A stretch of 64,000 nucleotides of DNA, taken from Candidatus Krumholzibacteriota bacterium. Lineage in GTDB: Bacteria > Krumholzibacteriota > Krumholzibacteriia > JAJRXK01. Shown piece by piece: positions 42,948 to 53,553 of this stretch. The position numbers and the translations under genes are program-made. The notes beneath the pieces were generated by a model. The model was not told the DNA's origin, searched no databases, and saw only the letters and a program-made list of their open reading frames with translations. The stretch lies in contig CAVXTH010000001.1 of assembly GCA_963764625.1 (NCBI GenBank), positions 32,001-96,000 on the forward strand, in the 5' to 3' direction. Each line of letters starts with the position of its first letter. Within the stretch, counting starts at the first letter, position 1.

Positions 42948-44408
42948 CTAGGCCGAGGGGTAGTTGGGCGCGCCCTTGGTGACCTGCACGTCATGGGGAT
43001 GACTCTCCCGCAGGCCAGCCGGGCTCACCCGTACGAATGTCGTATCTGATTTTAAGGTCTCCAAATCTTTTGCCCCGCAATACCCCATTCCGGCCCGCAG
43101 CCCGCCCACCAGCTGGTGGACCGTGTCGCGAAGGGCGCCCTTGAAGGCCACCCTGCCCTCGATCCCCTCGGGCACCAGCTTGGCCGGCTCGGTCTCGTCC
43201 TGGAAGTATCGGTCCCTGGAACCCTGCTGCATCGCTCCCACCGAGCCCATGCCGCGGTAGAGCTTGTAGCTGCGCCCTTCGTAGAGAACCAACTCGCCGG
43301 GGCTCTCCTGGGTGCCGGCCAAGAGGCTGCCGATCATCACGCTGTCGGCCCCGGCCGCCAGGGCCTTCACGATGTCGCCGCTGTACTTGATTCCCCCGTC
43401 CGCGATGAGGGGAATTCCGGCCGGGCCGCACACCTTGGCCACCTCCCAGATGGCGCTGATCTGGGGCACCCCGATGCCGGCCACCACGCGGGTGGTGCAG
43501 ATGCTGCCGGGCCCCATGCCCACTTTCACCGCGTCACAGCCGGTGTCCAGCAACGCGCGCGCCGCCTCTCCGGTCGCGATGTTGCCCACCACCAGGGGCA
43601 GATCGGGGTAGTGCTGCTTGATGAAGCGCGCCGCCTGGAGAATGTTGCGGCTGTGGCCATGCGCGGAATCGAGCGCGACCACGTCCACCGCGCGCTCGAC
43701 CAGCCGTTCCAGACGCTCCTCGAGGTGCGGATCGGCCCCCACCGCGGCACCGCAGCGCAGCCTCCCGGCCTCATCTTTGGAGCTGTTGGGGTAATCCAGC
43801 TTCTTCTGGATGTCCTTGATCGTGATGAGTCCGCACAGCATGCCCTTCCCGTCGACCACCGGCAGCTTCTCGATGCGCCCGGTATGGAGGATCCGAGCCG
43901 CTTCTTCGAGAGTGGTGCCCACCGGCGCGGTGATCAGATTCTCCCGGGTCATCACCGCCTCGATCGGTTGGTGGGGATCCTCCAGGAAGCGCAGGTCGCG
44001 GTTGGTCAGAATCCCCACCAGCTTGCCCTCGCGGGTGATGGGCACCCCGGAGATGCGAAACTTCCGCATGACTTCCAGGGCCTGGGTGACCTGGTCTTGG
44101 GGACTCAGGGTGATGGGCCGGGTGATCATCCCGCTCTCGCTGCGCTTCACCAGATCGACCTGACTGGCCTGCTCCTGCGGGTCCATGTTCTTGTGGATGA
44201 AGCCCAAGCCCCCCTGGCGGGCCATGGCGATGGCCAATTCCGCCTCGGTGACCGTGTCCATCGCGGCCGAGACCAGCGGGATTTCGAGGGTGATCTGCCG
44301 GGTAAGTCGGGTTTGCACTTTTGTTTCACGTGGCAGGACCTCGCTGTAGCGAGGAACCAGCAGCACGTCATCGAAGGTGAGCCCTTCTCCCTGAATTCTC
44401 TCGCTCAT
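42948..44408 (-). CDS. guaB: IMP dehydrogenase
   Basis: [13 protein letters not shown] pair, [15 protein letters not shown]. Confidence 0.97.
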   Translation of the reverse strand: MSERIQGEGLTFDDVLLVPRYSEVLPRETKVQTRLTRQITLEIPLVSAAMDTVTEAELAIAMARQGGLGFIHKNMDPQEQASQVDLVKRSESGMITRPITLSPQDQVTQALEVMRKFRISGVPITREGKLVGILTNRDLRFLEDPHQPIEAVMTRENLITAPVGTTLEEAARILHTGRIEKLPVVDGKGMLCGLITIKDIQKKLDYPNSSKDEAGRLRCGAAVGADPHLEERLERLVERAVDVVALDSAHGHSRNILQAARFIKQHYPDLPLVVGNIATGEAARALLDTGCDAVKVGMGPGSICTTRVVAGIGVPQISAIWEVAKVCGPAGIPLIADGGIKYSGDIVKALAAGADSVMIGSLLAGTQESPGELVLYEGRSYKLYRGMGSVGAMQQGSRDRYFQDETEPAKLVPEGIEGRVAFKGALRDTVHQLVGGLRAGMGYCGAKDLETLKSDTTFVRVSPAGLRESHPHDVQVTKGAPNYPSA

Positions 44409-44938
44409 GGTGTCGCCGCCTCCACCGCGGCCGAGAAAGTGGCGTGCACCGTGAGCCGTTGGCCCTCCGGCAGATCCGTGCCGGTTTCGTCCGTCTCGCG
44501 GGCGGGAAGAAAGAGGGTGCCTTCGACGCGCTCCGCGCTGGCCTTCTCGAAGACCAGGAGTCCGTCGCGGTCTCCGGCGCGAAAATCCTGCCGGGACTCG
44601 CCGGAACGCAGAGTCAGGTGACCGTGCCAGCAGCTCTTCTGCGAGTTGTTCACGGTATAACTCGCCTTGCGGACCGTGAGATCACCCGCGGTGCCGCTCA
44701 GGCTGAGGCTGCTCCCCCCTTCCACCTGAAATTCGAGGCTCAGGCGGGCATCGCTCGAAGAGGGCGGCACCGTCAACTGGGCGACCTCACCCTGGGCAGC
44801 GGAGATCAGGTCTCCGGTGATCGACCATTCCACCGAGTTCAAGGGCGGCGTGGGCGTCGAGACCGAGTCCTCCTCGTTCTTGCCGCAGGCCGCCAGGATC
44901 AAGACCAAGACGCCAACCAGAATTGCACGGGCGCGCAT
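44405..44938 (-). CDS. hypothetical lipoprotein
   Basis: [18 protein letters not shown] lipobox; 3' part of the 803-aa shadow ORF. Confidence 0.7.
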   Translation of the reverse strand: MRARAILVGVLVLILAACGKNEEDSVSTPTPPLNSVEWSITGDLISAAQGEVAQLTVPPSSSDARLSLEFQVEGGSSLSLSGTAGDLTVRKASYTVNNSQKSCWHGHLTLRSGESRQDFRAGDRDGLLVFEKASAERVEGTLFLPARETDETGTDLPEGQRLTVHATFSAAVEAATP

Positions 44939-44967
44939 GACAGATCCTTTCAACGGCCGCGCGCGGC

Positions 44968-46911
44968 TCAGGCGCGCGGATTCCCCAGGGACTTCTTCAG
45001 GAGCATCCACATCATCACCGCGAGTCCGGCCAATGAGAGCAGGTCGAGCCACCAGCCCCCCGAGATCCAGCTCTGCGGCATCCAGGGCATCGGGACGTGG
45101 GAGACGATGAGGATGGCGATGAGAATGCTCGCGATCGCCTCGCCGGCTACCAGGCCGCTGCCGAAGAGCAGGCCGCGGTGAATCGCCTTCTGTCGCATTT
45201 CTTCGTCGTCTCCGCGGCGCAGGGTGCGCGCCTCGACGTACTTGTAGACCCCGCCGCCGATGATGATGGGGAAGGTGACGGTCCAGGGGAGGTACATCCC
45301 CACCGCCAGCGGCATGGCGTAGAGGCGGAATTTGGTGTGGCGCGGCTCGAGGAAGATCGTGTCGATGAGAATCGCGGCCACTCCCACCAGCGCTCCGTAG
45401 GCCACCAGATTCCAGGGAATCTGCTGGCCACTGCCGAAGATTCCCCCCACCAGCTTCTCGAACATGACTCCCTGCGGCGCCTTGAGCGCCTCGACTCCGG
45501 CCCGCGCCGGCTCGCCGATGCCGTAGGCCTTCTGCAAAAGTGTCATGGTGGGCGCGATGATGAACGCGGGGACGATGGTTCCCAGAATCTCCCCGGTCTG
45601 CAGCGCGCGCGGCGTGGCGCCCACGATCTGGCCGATCTTCAGGTCCTGACAGATGTCGCCGCTGGTACTCGCGGCGCAGCAGACCACCCCGGCCACGCCC
45701 AGGGTGGCCAGCATCCCCGCCTTCCCGGTGTAGCCCAACACCAAAAGAAGTGCCGCCGTGAGCAGCACGGTACAGATGGTCATTCCCGAGACGGGGCTGT
45801 TGCTCGAGCCCACTAACCCCACGATGTAGGCCGCGACCGCCACGAAGAAGAAGGCCAGGACGAAGAGCAGTACTCCCGCGATCACCGCGGTGCTCAGACT
45901 CCGGGTCATCATCCAGTAGACTACGAAACTGAGCACGATGCTCAGAAGCAGAAGACCGAAGAGCGTCCGGCCGGTGATGCCGCGTTCGGTTCGCGGCAAC
46001 TTGGAGGTGTCCTCCAGCCCCATGACTCCTCGCAGCGCGGTGCGCAGCGCGTTGTTCATGCTCGGCGCGATCTTGACGATGGAGTAGATGCCGGCCACCA
46101 CCATGGCGCCGATTCCGAAGTAGCGGATCTGCGCGTCCCACACGTCCATCAGAACGGTGGTCGTGCCGCCGCTGAAGTCGAGACCGTTGGCCAAGAAGGG
46201 CAGGGCGCCCACGAAGGCCACCGCACCGCCCAGGAACACCAGAAGGGAAACTTCCCATCCCACGATGAAACCCACCGCCGCCAGCATGGGCGAAATGTCG
46301 GTGCCCACGTAGAAACCGGTTTTCGCCACTCTGAAGCCGACCTCGACGGTGCCCTTGAAGAGGCCGACCACCGAGACCAGGGCCTTGAACAGCATTCCCC
46401 AGCCCAGAGCGGCGAAGATGCCCCGCATTTCCTCGCCACCCCTGTCCCCCGCCTTGAGCACCTCGGCGCAGGCCACTCCCTCGGGAAAGACGAGTTCGGG
46501 CTGCTCGATGATCATGGGGCGGCGCAGCGGGATCATCATCACCACGCCCATCACTCCGCCAGAAATCGCGATGAGAGTGGTCTCCCAGTAGTTGAAATGA
46601 GTCCAGAGACCCAAGAGCACGATCGCGGGCACGGTGAAGATGATTCCCGCGGCCAGGCTCTCTCCGGAGGAGGCGATGGTGTGCACGACGTTGTTCTCGA
46701 GGATGGTGCCTCGTCGCAGAAGTCCGCGCAGGACTCCCATCGAGATGACCGAGGCGGGGATGGCCGCGCTGACCGTCATTCCGGCGTACAGGCCCACGTA
46801 GATGTTTGCGGCGCACATGATGACACTGAGAAGAAGACCCAGCCCCAGAGCGACGGCGGTCAGCTCCGGCAGGCTCTTCTCGGCCGGGATATAGGGACGG
46901 ATCTCACTCAA
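44968..46911 (-). CDS. OPT/YSL family oligopeptide or metal-chelate transporter
   Basis: TILENN, FPEGVACAEVL, NSPVSG, QDLKIG, APQG. Confidence 0.92.
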   Translation of the reverse strand: MSEIRPYIPAEKSLPELTAVALGLGLLLSVIMCAANIYVGLYAGMTVSAAIPASVISMGVLRGLLRRGTILENNVVHTIASSGESLAAGIIFTVPAIVLLGLWTHFNYWETTLIAISGGVMGVVMMIPLRRPMIIEQPELVFPEGVACAEVLKAGDRGGEEMRGIFAALGWGMLFKALVSVVGLFKGTVEVGFRVAKTGFYVGTDISPMLAAVGFIVGWEVSLLVFLGGAVAFVGALPFLANGLDFSGGTTTVLMDVWDAQIRYFGIGAMVVAGIYSIVKIAPSMNNALRTALRGVMGLEDTSKLPRTERGITGRTLFGLLLLSIVLSFVVYWMMTRSLSTAVIAGVLLFVLAFFFVAVAAYIVGLVGSSNSPVSGMTICTVLLTAALLLVLGYTGKAGMLATLGVAGVVCCAASTSGDICQDLKIGQIVGATPRALQTGEILGTIVPAFIIAPTMTLLQKAYGIGEPARAGVEALKAPQGVMFEKLVGGIFGSGQQIPWNLVAYGALVGVAAILIDTIFLEPRHTKFRLYAMPLAVGMYLPWTVTFPIIIGGGVYKYVEARTLRRGDDEEMRQKAIHRGLLFGSGLVAGEAIASILIAILIVSHVPMPWMPQSWISGGWWLDLLSLAGLAVMMWMLLKKSLGNPRA

Positions 46912-46954
46912 GATGAAACTCCGGATCAGAGGGAAAGCTGTGGATTTTGGCGAC

Positions 46955-47019
46955 CATGGGGATCATGAGGGTCATGGGGTAGTCATGAGGGTTATGGGGG
47001 TCATGAGGGTCATGGGGAT
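46955..47019. repeat. 7 copies of a 9-bp tandem repeat, consensus CATG(A/G)GG(G/A)T
   Basis: CATGGGGAT CATGAGGGT CATGGGGTAGT CATGAGGGT TATGGGGGT CATGAGGGT CATGGGGAT. Confidence 0.9.
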
Positions 47020-47104
47020 CACGCCGAGTGTGCTGCTTCCGCCGCGGAAGTGCCATGACAAAATCAAGACGGGCGGAACGCGCGCGCGCGGGACCTTGCC
47101 GAGG

Positions 47105-47410
47105 CTACACCATCGGTTCGTGGTGCATGAACCAGCGCGCCACCATCACCGCGACCACGCCGACGATCCACAGCACGATCGCCAGAATTCCCAAGAGTCG
47201 CGCCCAGCGGATCTGATCCTCGCCCCGATAGCGGCCGGGAGCGGCGGCGAGGGCGCGCTGCGCGCGCGCGGCCAGAATGAAGCCCAGAATCGTCCCCAGC
47301 ACCGGCAGAGCGGAAAATCCCAGACCAGCGCACACGAGGGCCGCGATCGCGAGCCGGTGGATGGGAGGGGGGGCGGCCGGGATCTTGGATGCGGGTTCGG
47401 GGTCCGGCAT
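47105..47410 (-). CDS. DUF4190-like small membrane protein
   Basis: LAIAALVC...ILA...YRGE...LLGI pattern. Confidence 0.7.
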   Translation of the reverse strand: MPDPEPASKIPAAPPPIHRLAIAALVCAGLGFSALPVLGTILGFILAARAQRALAAAPGRYRGEDQIRWARLLGILAIVLWIVGVVAVMVARWFMHHEPMV

Positions 47411-48072
47411 CAGTCTCGCCTCTTCAATTCGTCCAGCGCCGCCCGCCCGGGTCTCAATGAAAATCGATCGCGGGTGCGACAGTAGTCGTAGCCGCCCATG
47501 CGGCCCACGAAATCCAGTCGCTTCGGGTCGAGAGTGAAGTTCTCGTCCATCAGCCCCTCTTCGAGATGGATGCACACCACCCTGCCGATCACGACGTTGC
47601 CTCCCGAGGGGGCGCCGGGGTGCATGCGAATCACCTGCTGCGTTTCACACTCGAAGGCCAGAGGCGACCGGGCGACGCGGGGTGGAGCCACCACCGTGCT
47701 CGCTTCCTCTTTCAATCCCGCGAGCTCGAACTCGCTCTCTCCGGGGGGAAGGGGCTCGGCGCTCGCCACGACTCGATGAATGTAGGCATCGAGCGCGACG
47801 TTCACCACGAATTCGCCCCTCCCGCCCTCGCTCTTGGGTTTGCAGTTGCGCAGAGTGTCTTTCTCTGCCCCCTCCGCGTCGTTGGCGGGACAAAAGAGCA
47901 GGCTCATCGGCTCTCCGCCGACCCCGCTGAAGAACGAGAACGGCGCCAGATTCGGCCGGCCCTCGAGCGAAAGGGTGGAGACGAGAGCGATGGGACGCGG
48001 CGCGATGCCCTGGATCAGCAGTTTGTAACGCTGGCGAAGCTCGAGATCTCGGGGAAGGAGGGATCGACTCAT
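47410..48072 (-). CDS. flavin reductase (DIM6/NTAB) family protein
   Basis: PRPIALVST, NLAPFSFF, KDTLRN, GRMGG.DY. Confidence 0.9.
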   Translation of the reverse strand: MSRSLLPRDLELRQRYKLLIQGIAPRPIALVSTLSLEGRPNLAPFSFFSGVGGEPMSLLFCPANDAEGAEKDTLRNCKPKSEGGRGEFVVNVALDAYIHRVVASAEPLPPGESEFELAGLKEEASTVVAPPRVARSPLAFECETQQVIRMHPGAPSGGNVVIGRVVCIHLEEGLMDENFTLDPKRLDFVGRMGGYDYCRTRDRFSLRPGRAALDELKRRD

Positions 48073-48168
48073 GATTTTTCTCCAAGCTTGAAAGCGAGGC
48101 CCGTAGTATCTGGACCCAACGACATTCCTGTCCACTCCCAAGCTAAGCGCACGGGGAAGAAGCGCACC

Positions 48169-48867
48169 GTGAACTCGAGCTGCGACCGCCTCATCATCTT
48201 CGACATCGACGGCACTCTGCTCTTGAGCGGACCGGTCGCGCGCGAACTCTTTCTGAGAGCCTTCGAGGAGGTCTTCGAGGTCACGGCGGATCCGCGCGAT
48301 CTCTCCTTCGCCGGACGCTGTGATCGGGGTGTAGTCTCCCTCCTCTTGCAGCGAGCCAACGCGAGCCAGAAACTGCCAGCCTCATTTTCCCGCTTCGCCC
48401 GACGCTACGCGTCCCTGATGCGCGAGGTGTATCCCACAGCGAAGGGGCCGCATCTCTTGCCAGGAGTGAAGGAGCTTCTCCTCGCGCTGCGCGAGGACCC
48501 CTCGGTCCTACTCCTGATCGGAAGCGGGAACCTGCCGGAGACCGCGAGAGTGAAGCTCGCGCGATTCGGTTTGGACTCTTTCTTTGAGCACGGCGTCTAC
48601 GGAGATCACCACGAGGAACGGACCGCACTCTTCGCCGCTGCCCTCACGCTCGCGCGCGAAACGCTGGGTTGGAGCGGCGCCAGGGAGCGAGCGTGGGTCG
48701 TGGGAGACACCGTCAGCGACGTCGAGGCGGCCCGCGAAGTGGGAATCAAGAGTCTTGCGGTCGCGACCGGTCCCACCGCCGCCGAAGACCTGCGGCGCGC
48801 GCGGCCCGACGCTCTCTTCGCCGATCTCTCTTCCCTAGAAGATGTCATCGGCGCGCTCGTCGCCTGA
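48169..48867 (+). CDS. HAD family hydrolase
   Basis: IFDIDGTL, SGN, VVGDTVSD. Confidence 0.88.
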   Translation: MNSSCDRLIIFDIDGTLLLSGPVARELFLRAFEEVFEVTADPRDLSFAGRCDRGVVSLLLQRANASQKLPASFSRFARRYASLMREVYPTAKGPHLLPGVKELLLALREDPSVLLLIGSGNLPETARVKLARFGLDSFFEHGVYGDHHEERTALFAAALTLARETLGWSGARERAWVVGDTVSDVEAAREVGIKSLAVATGPTAAEDLRRARPDALFADLSSLEDVIGALVA

Positions 48868-50214
48868 TTCCTTCTCGACCTTGCGAACGGGACGGCTCCC
48901 GCCCGCCGGGGGGGAGGGGCGCGCCGGTTCGCGCGGGACCTCGTGAACGTGCACGTCGCGCTGCGGGAAGGGAATCACGATGCCGGCTTCCTCGAGCTTG
49001 TACCAGATGGCAAAGAGGAGCTGGCTGCGCACCTTGGGCTCGAGCATCTCGTCGTTCAGCCACACTCTCAGTTCGAAATCGAGCGAGGACTCTCCGAACT
49101 CGCGAAACAGGACCCGAGGTTTCGGCCGCCGCAGGAGAACCTCGTTCTCTTGGGCCACTTCCAGGAGTACTTGCTCGACTTGTCGCGGATCGGACCGGTA
49201 GCTCACGCCCACCGGAATGTCGATGCGCACCTCGGAATCGCTCAGGCTGTAATTGGTCACCGGATTGGCGACCAGCGTCTTGTTGGGCACCACGATCTCG
49301 TGACCGCTGCGGTTGCGCACCACCGAGCTGCGCAGTCCGATGCGCAAGACCTTGGCCACCCCCCCTTCCATCGAGACGATGTCCCCGCGCTTGATCGTGC
49401 GCTCGAAGAGCAGGATCAGACCGCTGGCGAAATTCTGCACCAGATCCTGCAATCCGAATCCGATTCCCACCCCGAGAGCGCCCAGACCGATCTGCAGAGT
49501 GCCCAGATCGAAACCGATGGTATCGAGAGCCACCATCACGCCGACCACTACCAGCACGTAGCGCAACACTGTGCCCAGCGCCTCGCTCAGCGGACGGTCC
49601 ATCCCCATTCTCGGGAGCACCCGACTGCCCAGAAGTTCTCCCAACAGGCCCGCCCCACCCACGAAGATCAGCATGAAGAAAATGCCCAAAAGAATCGAGA
49701 GCAGTGAGACGTCGTGGCTGGCGAGGTGGAACAGAGGCCGGTTGAGCCAGGTCACGAAGCCGCCCAAGACGCCGATCTGCTGCAACACGGTCAAAAAGAA
49801 AAGCGCCGGCAGAACCACGAAGCGAATCCGGGCGTTGCGCCGTTCATCCGAGACGAGGATGCGCGACAGAGCGCTGATGGCTCGAAAGAGCAGAAAGAAC
49901 CCGAGCACCGGCAACACCCGGTTCTCACTCAGTTCCACCGCCGGCACGTAGGTACGAATGAACCAGTCCATCAAGGCGAGGATCGATATGGCGAGAAGCG
50001 GCCAGATCGCGACGTGGACCAACGTCATCAGCACGAGTTTCACGCTACGGCGGGTCGCTAGCTCGCTCTCGATGCGGCGGCGCAGGGGACGACCGAACAG
50101 GCGCGCGAGAGGATAGGTGAGGAGCGTGAGCAAGAGAAGGATGCCCAATTCGCGCACCCAGTTCGCCTGGGAGAGATCGGCTATGGCCTGCACGTTCAAG
50201 AACGAGTTCTCCAT
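48835..50214 (-). CDS. MscS/MscK-type mechanosensitive channel
   Basis: GALGVGIGFGLQ..NFASG, IPVGVSY, IPFPQRDVH. Confidence 0.92.
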   Translation of the reverse strand: MENSFLNVQAIADLSQANWVRELGILLLLTLLTYPLARLFGRPLRRRIESELATRRSVKLVLMTLVHVAIWPLLAISILALMDWFIRTYVPAVELSENRVLPVLGFFLLFRAISALSRILVSDERRNARIRFVVLPALFFLTVLQQIGVLGGFVTWLNRPLFHLASHDVSLLSILLGIFFMLIFVGGAGLLGELLGSRVLPRMGMDRPLSEALGTVLRYVLVVVGVMVALDTIGFDLGTLQIGLGALGVGIGFGLQDLVQNFASGLILLFERTIKRGDIVSMEGGVAKVLRIGLRSSVVRNRSGHEIVVPNKTLVANPVTNYSLSDSEVRIDIPVGVSYRSDPRQVEQVLLEVAQENEVLLRRPKPRVLFREFGESSLDFELRVWLNDEMLEPKVRSQLLFAIWYKLEEAGIVIPFPQRDVHVHEVPREPARPSPPAGGSRPVRKVEKESGDERADDIF

Positions 50215-50222
50215 GAGATTCG

Positions 50223-51036
50223 TCAGCGTCCGAAGCGAGATTTGAGAACGCCGAAACTCGGCGTCTCGACCGCCACCCCGATCGCATCGGCCTGCACTCG
50301 CACCACGACATCGAAGAGGATGATGTTATTCGGGGACGAGGGGCAAGCCAACGCGTCGGTGGTCCCGTAGAGGAAGAGACCGCCGCCGGCTACCATCGAG
50401 CAGAACGCTGCAGAAGTCCGTGCCGTTGAAGCACGAGGGCGTACTATCCCCCGCGGGATAGATGGCCTTACCCACCGCGGCGTTGGGATCGGACAGCAAC
50501 ACCATGAGCGAGTTGTTGGTGTGGATGTTCAAGGAGCTGAGGTCGACGTCGTAGGTGTCCCCGGTGATTCCGGGATTGGTCGGGATGGTGACGTCCGCTC
50601 CCGCGACGAATTCCAGTTGGTCGGCGCCGGCCGCCTGCCAGAAATCGACCGCAATCGTGCCCGGGTAGTCGGCGCCACCGTCGAACACGGCAAAGGTGAC
50701 ACTCTGGATGTCGAGCGAATCGGCGTTCGCCTGAGGCGCGTAGATAGTGCCTGCAGCGTCGAGAGGGTTCAGGATCAGGGTGTTCTCGGCGCTGGGGACT
50801 CCGTCATTTCCGCAGTTCAGCGCTCTGAGGTCGGCGGGAAGCGCGGGCGCGGCCATGGGTGGTAACACCGGTTCCTTCGAGAGGCGCGCGCGCGCCTCGG
50901 GGTGCATCTGCGTCAGCGCGGGAATGCGGGCGGCCGGGGTGGTGCGCAGCCTCACTCCGCTGGGTTCGTGGGCGAGAGCTGGTGCCGTCAAGAAAACGAG
51001 CGAGATGAAGAGTAGCACGATCGGGGACTTGCGCAT
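50223..51036 (-). pseudogene. secreted protein with C-terminal SFGVLKSRF tail, split by a +1 frameshift near 50393
   Basis: signal peptide ALA-H; the alternative frame after LLD reads VAGGGLFLYG...VAVETPSFGVLKSRFGR* ending at 50223. Confidence 0.7.
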
Positions 51037-51226
51037 GATTCGACTCCAGTTGACGGCGCCTGTAGTCCCGGGGCGCGCGAAGTGCCCCGGAACTTGAGTG
51101 TAGTGACTTTAGGCTTCTCAGGGCAAGCGCGCATGCTCGCCCCGAGATTGATGTGAACGGGGCATCGTGCTAGCCTCTGAACTCCAGCTTGGCGCCCCTC
51201 CTTCGATGGACGGACCTGACCGACTC

Positions 51227-51982
51227 ATGAGCCGCATTCGAAAGTACTTCCCGATGATCTGTGGGCTGGCGATCCTTCTGCCCGCATCGTCGGCTCAGGC
51301 CAAGGTGGGATGGGAGCATTTCGTGGGACCGTCGGTGGTCCTCGGCAGCCGGCTCTTGAGCTCCGAACTCAAAGCCATCGTCGAATACGAGTACGGTTAT
51401 CTCGACATGAGTGACCTGGCCAACTTCTCCAGCTACCGCATCACGGGCACGGGCGTTCTGGACTCGTGGCGCCGCTACCGCTACACCCTGAGCAGCGAGA
51501 GCACGAACGGCTTCCGCCTCGGGGTGCGCGTGCGCGATCAACTCGATCTGTGTTGGGCACGCACTGCTGCCGACAGCCGCTATCGGATCTGGGTGGACGG
51601 GGTAGAGCAGGTGTCCGATCCCGACGGCATCCCCAGGGTGAACTTGCCCAAGGTGCACATGCGGAAGGACATCCTCAGCGCCGCCTGGCGAGTGCGCTCA
51701 CTCGAGTGGCAGGGGATCACTCCCAATTTGCGCGGCGGCATGGGATGGATTCTCCTGAGCCAGGACGGAGACTTCCAGGCGACGTACCGGCCCCCGGTCG
51801 ACAACAGCGACAGCCGCATGACGATCGAACTCGGAGGCGGGCTAGACTGGAATTGGCGAAAGTTCGAGATCGGCGCGGACCTGAAGCTCTGCACCTTCCG
51901 GTGGCAACCCCAGGACAATCAGGTGCCGCCCTCTCAGATTTGGTCGTGGATGGGGAGTCTCCACGCCGGCATTCTATTCTGA
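51227..51982 (+). CDS. putative outer-membrane beta-barrel protein
   Basis: signal peptide AQA-K, amphipathic aromatic strands, terminal LHAGILF. Confidence 0.6.
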   Translation: MSRIRKYFPMICGLAILLPASSAQAKVGWEHFVGPSVVLGSRLLSSELKAIVEYEYGYLDMSDLANFSSYRITGTGVLDSWRRYRYTLSSESTNGFRLGVRVRDQLDLCWARTAADSRYRIWVDGVEQVSDPDGIPRVNLPKVHMRKDILSAAWRVRSLEWQGITPNLRGGMGWILLSQDGDFQATYRPPVDNSDSRMTIELGGGLDWNWRKFEIGADLKLCTFRWQPQDNQVPPSQIWSWMGSLHAGILF

Positions 51983-52010
51983 GTTTTCCAAGCCAGCGCG
52001 GCCACGCCTC

Positions 52011-52211
52011 TCAATAGTCGTCGTCTTCGTAATCGTCATCGAGAATCTCGTCGCCCAGGTCCTCGTCCTCCAGATCCTCGTCATCCAGGAGATCCTCATC
52101 GTCGAGCTCATCGTCCTCGAGGTCATCTGCGAATGCCTCATTGTCGAAGTCATCGTCGAAATCATCCGCGATCGCAAGATGGCGCCGGACCGATTCCATT
52201 TTCGGACTCAT
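52011..52211 (-). CDS. small extremely acidic protein
   Basis: MSPKMESVRRHLAIA followed by a D/E tract; GGAG RBS. Confidence 0.6.
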   Translation of the reverse strand: MSPKMESVRRHLAIADDFDDDFDNEAFADDLEDDELDDEDLLDDEDLEDEDLGDEILDDDYEDDDY

Positions 52212-52315
52212 CGTACTACTCCGTAGTTCTGAACGTTGACGATCTGAGTTGGGATCCAACCAGAGACACACCCGCTAGATAGTCTCTCCGCCCGACCCGC
52301 CGCAAGGGAAAAATC

Positions 52316-52870
52316 TCACCCCTTGAGGACCCCCACGAAGGGGAGGTGCCGGTACTTCTCCTGCCAGTCCAGCCCGTAGCCGATGACGAATTCGCTGGGG
52401 ATGTCGAAGCCGACCCAGTCGACCGGAACCGGCACTACCCGGGCCTTCACCTTGTTGAGGAGGGCCACGACCTTGAGCGAATTGGGGCGCCGGGCCTTGA
52501 GGATCTCCAGGAGGTAGGAAAGGGTGTGTCCGGTGTCGACGATGTCCTCCACCAGGACCACGTCCCGACCCGTGATGTCCTCCTTGAGGTCCTTCACGAT
52601 CCGCACCACACCGCTGGACTGCGCCTGGCCGTGATAGGAGCTCACGCTCAGGAAGTCGATCTCGTGCAGCACCGACAGGCGTCGTTGCAGATCGGCGTGG
52701 AAGATCACCCCGCCCTTGAGAATGCTCACCAGGATGGGAATGCGCCCTTCGTACTCCGCCGAGATTTCCCGGCCCAACTCCGTGACTCGCCGTTGAATGC
52801 TCTCGCTCGAGATGAGAACACGGTCGATCAAGGGGTCACGGTCCACGTATTCCTGATCGTCGAACGTCAC
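52316..52870 (-). CDS. hpt: hypoxanthine phosphoribosyltransferase
   Basis: ILKG, VEDIVDTG, FVIGYGLD. Confidence 0.95.
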   Translation of the reverse strand: MTFDDQEYVDRDPLIDRVLISSESIQRRVTELGREISAEYEGRIPILVSILKGGVIFHADLQRRLSVLHEIDFLSVSSYHGQAQSSGVVRIVKDLKEDITGRDVVLVEDIVDTGHTLSYLLEILKARRPNSLKVVALLNKVKARVVPVPVDWVGFDIPSEFVIGYGLDWQEKYRHLPFVGVLKG

Positions 52871-53553
52871 TCGCTTGCTCCTTGGTAACCCGCTTCGGTC
52901 CGTCCCCGTTGGATGAGGATGTCCTGGACCTTCGCGCAGATCATGTCGATCGCCACCGTATTGTGGCCCCCTTCGGGAATGATGAGCTGAGCGTAGCGCT
53001 TGCTCGGCTCCACGAATTGCAGGTGCATGGGCTTCACCGTTTCGCGGTATTGCCGGATCACCGAGTCCATGTTGCGCCCGCGTTCAGAAATGTCGCGCTC
53101 GAGGCGCCGAATGAAGCGCTCGTCGTCCTCCACGTCCACGTACAGTCGGATGTCCATTTGGCCGCGCAACTCCGGGCTTTCCAGCACGAGAATTCCTTCC
53201 ACGAAAAGGATGTCCGCCGAACTGACGGGGTTCACCTGATCGCTGCGGCGCTGGGTGGTGAAATCGTAGACAGGCACATCCACTTTCTTGCCCGCGCGAA
53301 GCGAGGCCAGATGCTGCACCAGAAGAGAGGTCTCGAAGGCGCCCGGGTGATCGTAATTGATACGATGGCGTTCCGCCGCGCTCAGATCGGGCCGATCGAG
53401 ATAGTAGGAATCGTGGTGGATGATCTCGACCGTCTTGCGGGGAAAACGCTCCCTCACCTTGAGAGCGACGGTGGTCTTCCCGCTGCCGCTCCCCCCACCG
53501 ATTCCGATGATGACGGGAGGAAACTGAATATCCGAGGTAGTCATGGCGGTCAC
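52867..53553 (-). CDS. udk: uridine kinase
   Basis: GGSGSGKTT, NYDHP, RRLERDI.ERGR, FVEPSKRYA. Confidence 0.95.
   Translation of the reverse strand: MTAMTTSDIQFPPVIIGIGGGSGSGKTTVALKVRERFPRKTVEIIHHDSYYLDRPDLSAAERHRINYDHPGAFETSLLVQHLASLRAGKKVDVPVYDFTTQRRSDQVNPVSSADILFVEGILVLESPELRGQMDIRLYVDVEDDERFIRRLERDISERGRNMDSVIRQYRETVKPMHLQFVEPSKRYAQLIIPEGGHNTVAIDMICAKVQDILIQRGRTEAGYQGASE

Noticed and set aside
44405-46816. 803-aa ORF overlapping the OPT gene
   Set aside because: Off-frame shadow of GC-rich coding DNA; only the last 177 codons (lipoprotein) look real.
46955-47019. Possible CRISPR array
   Set aside because: 9-bp units without spacers and no cas genes; no CRISPR array seen in the window.
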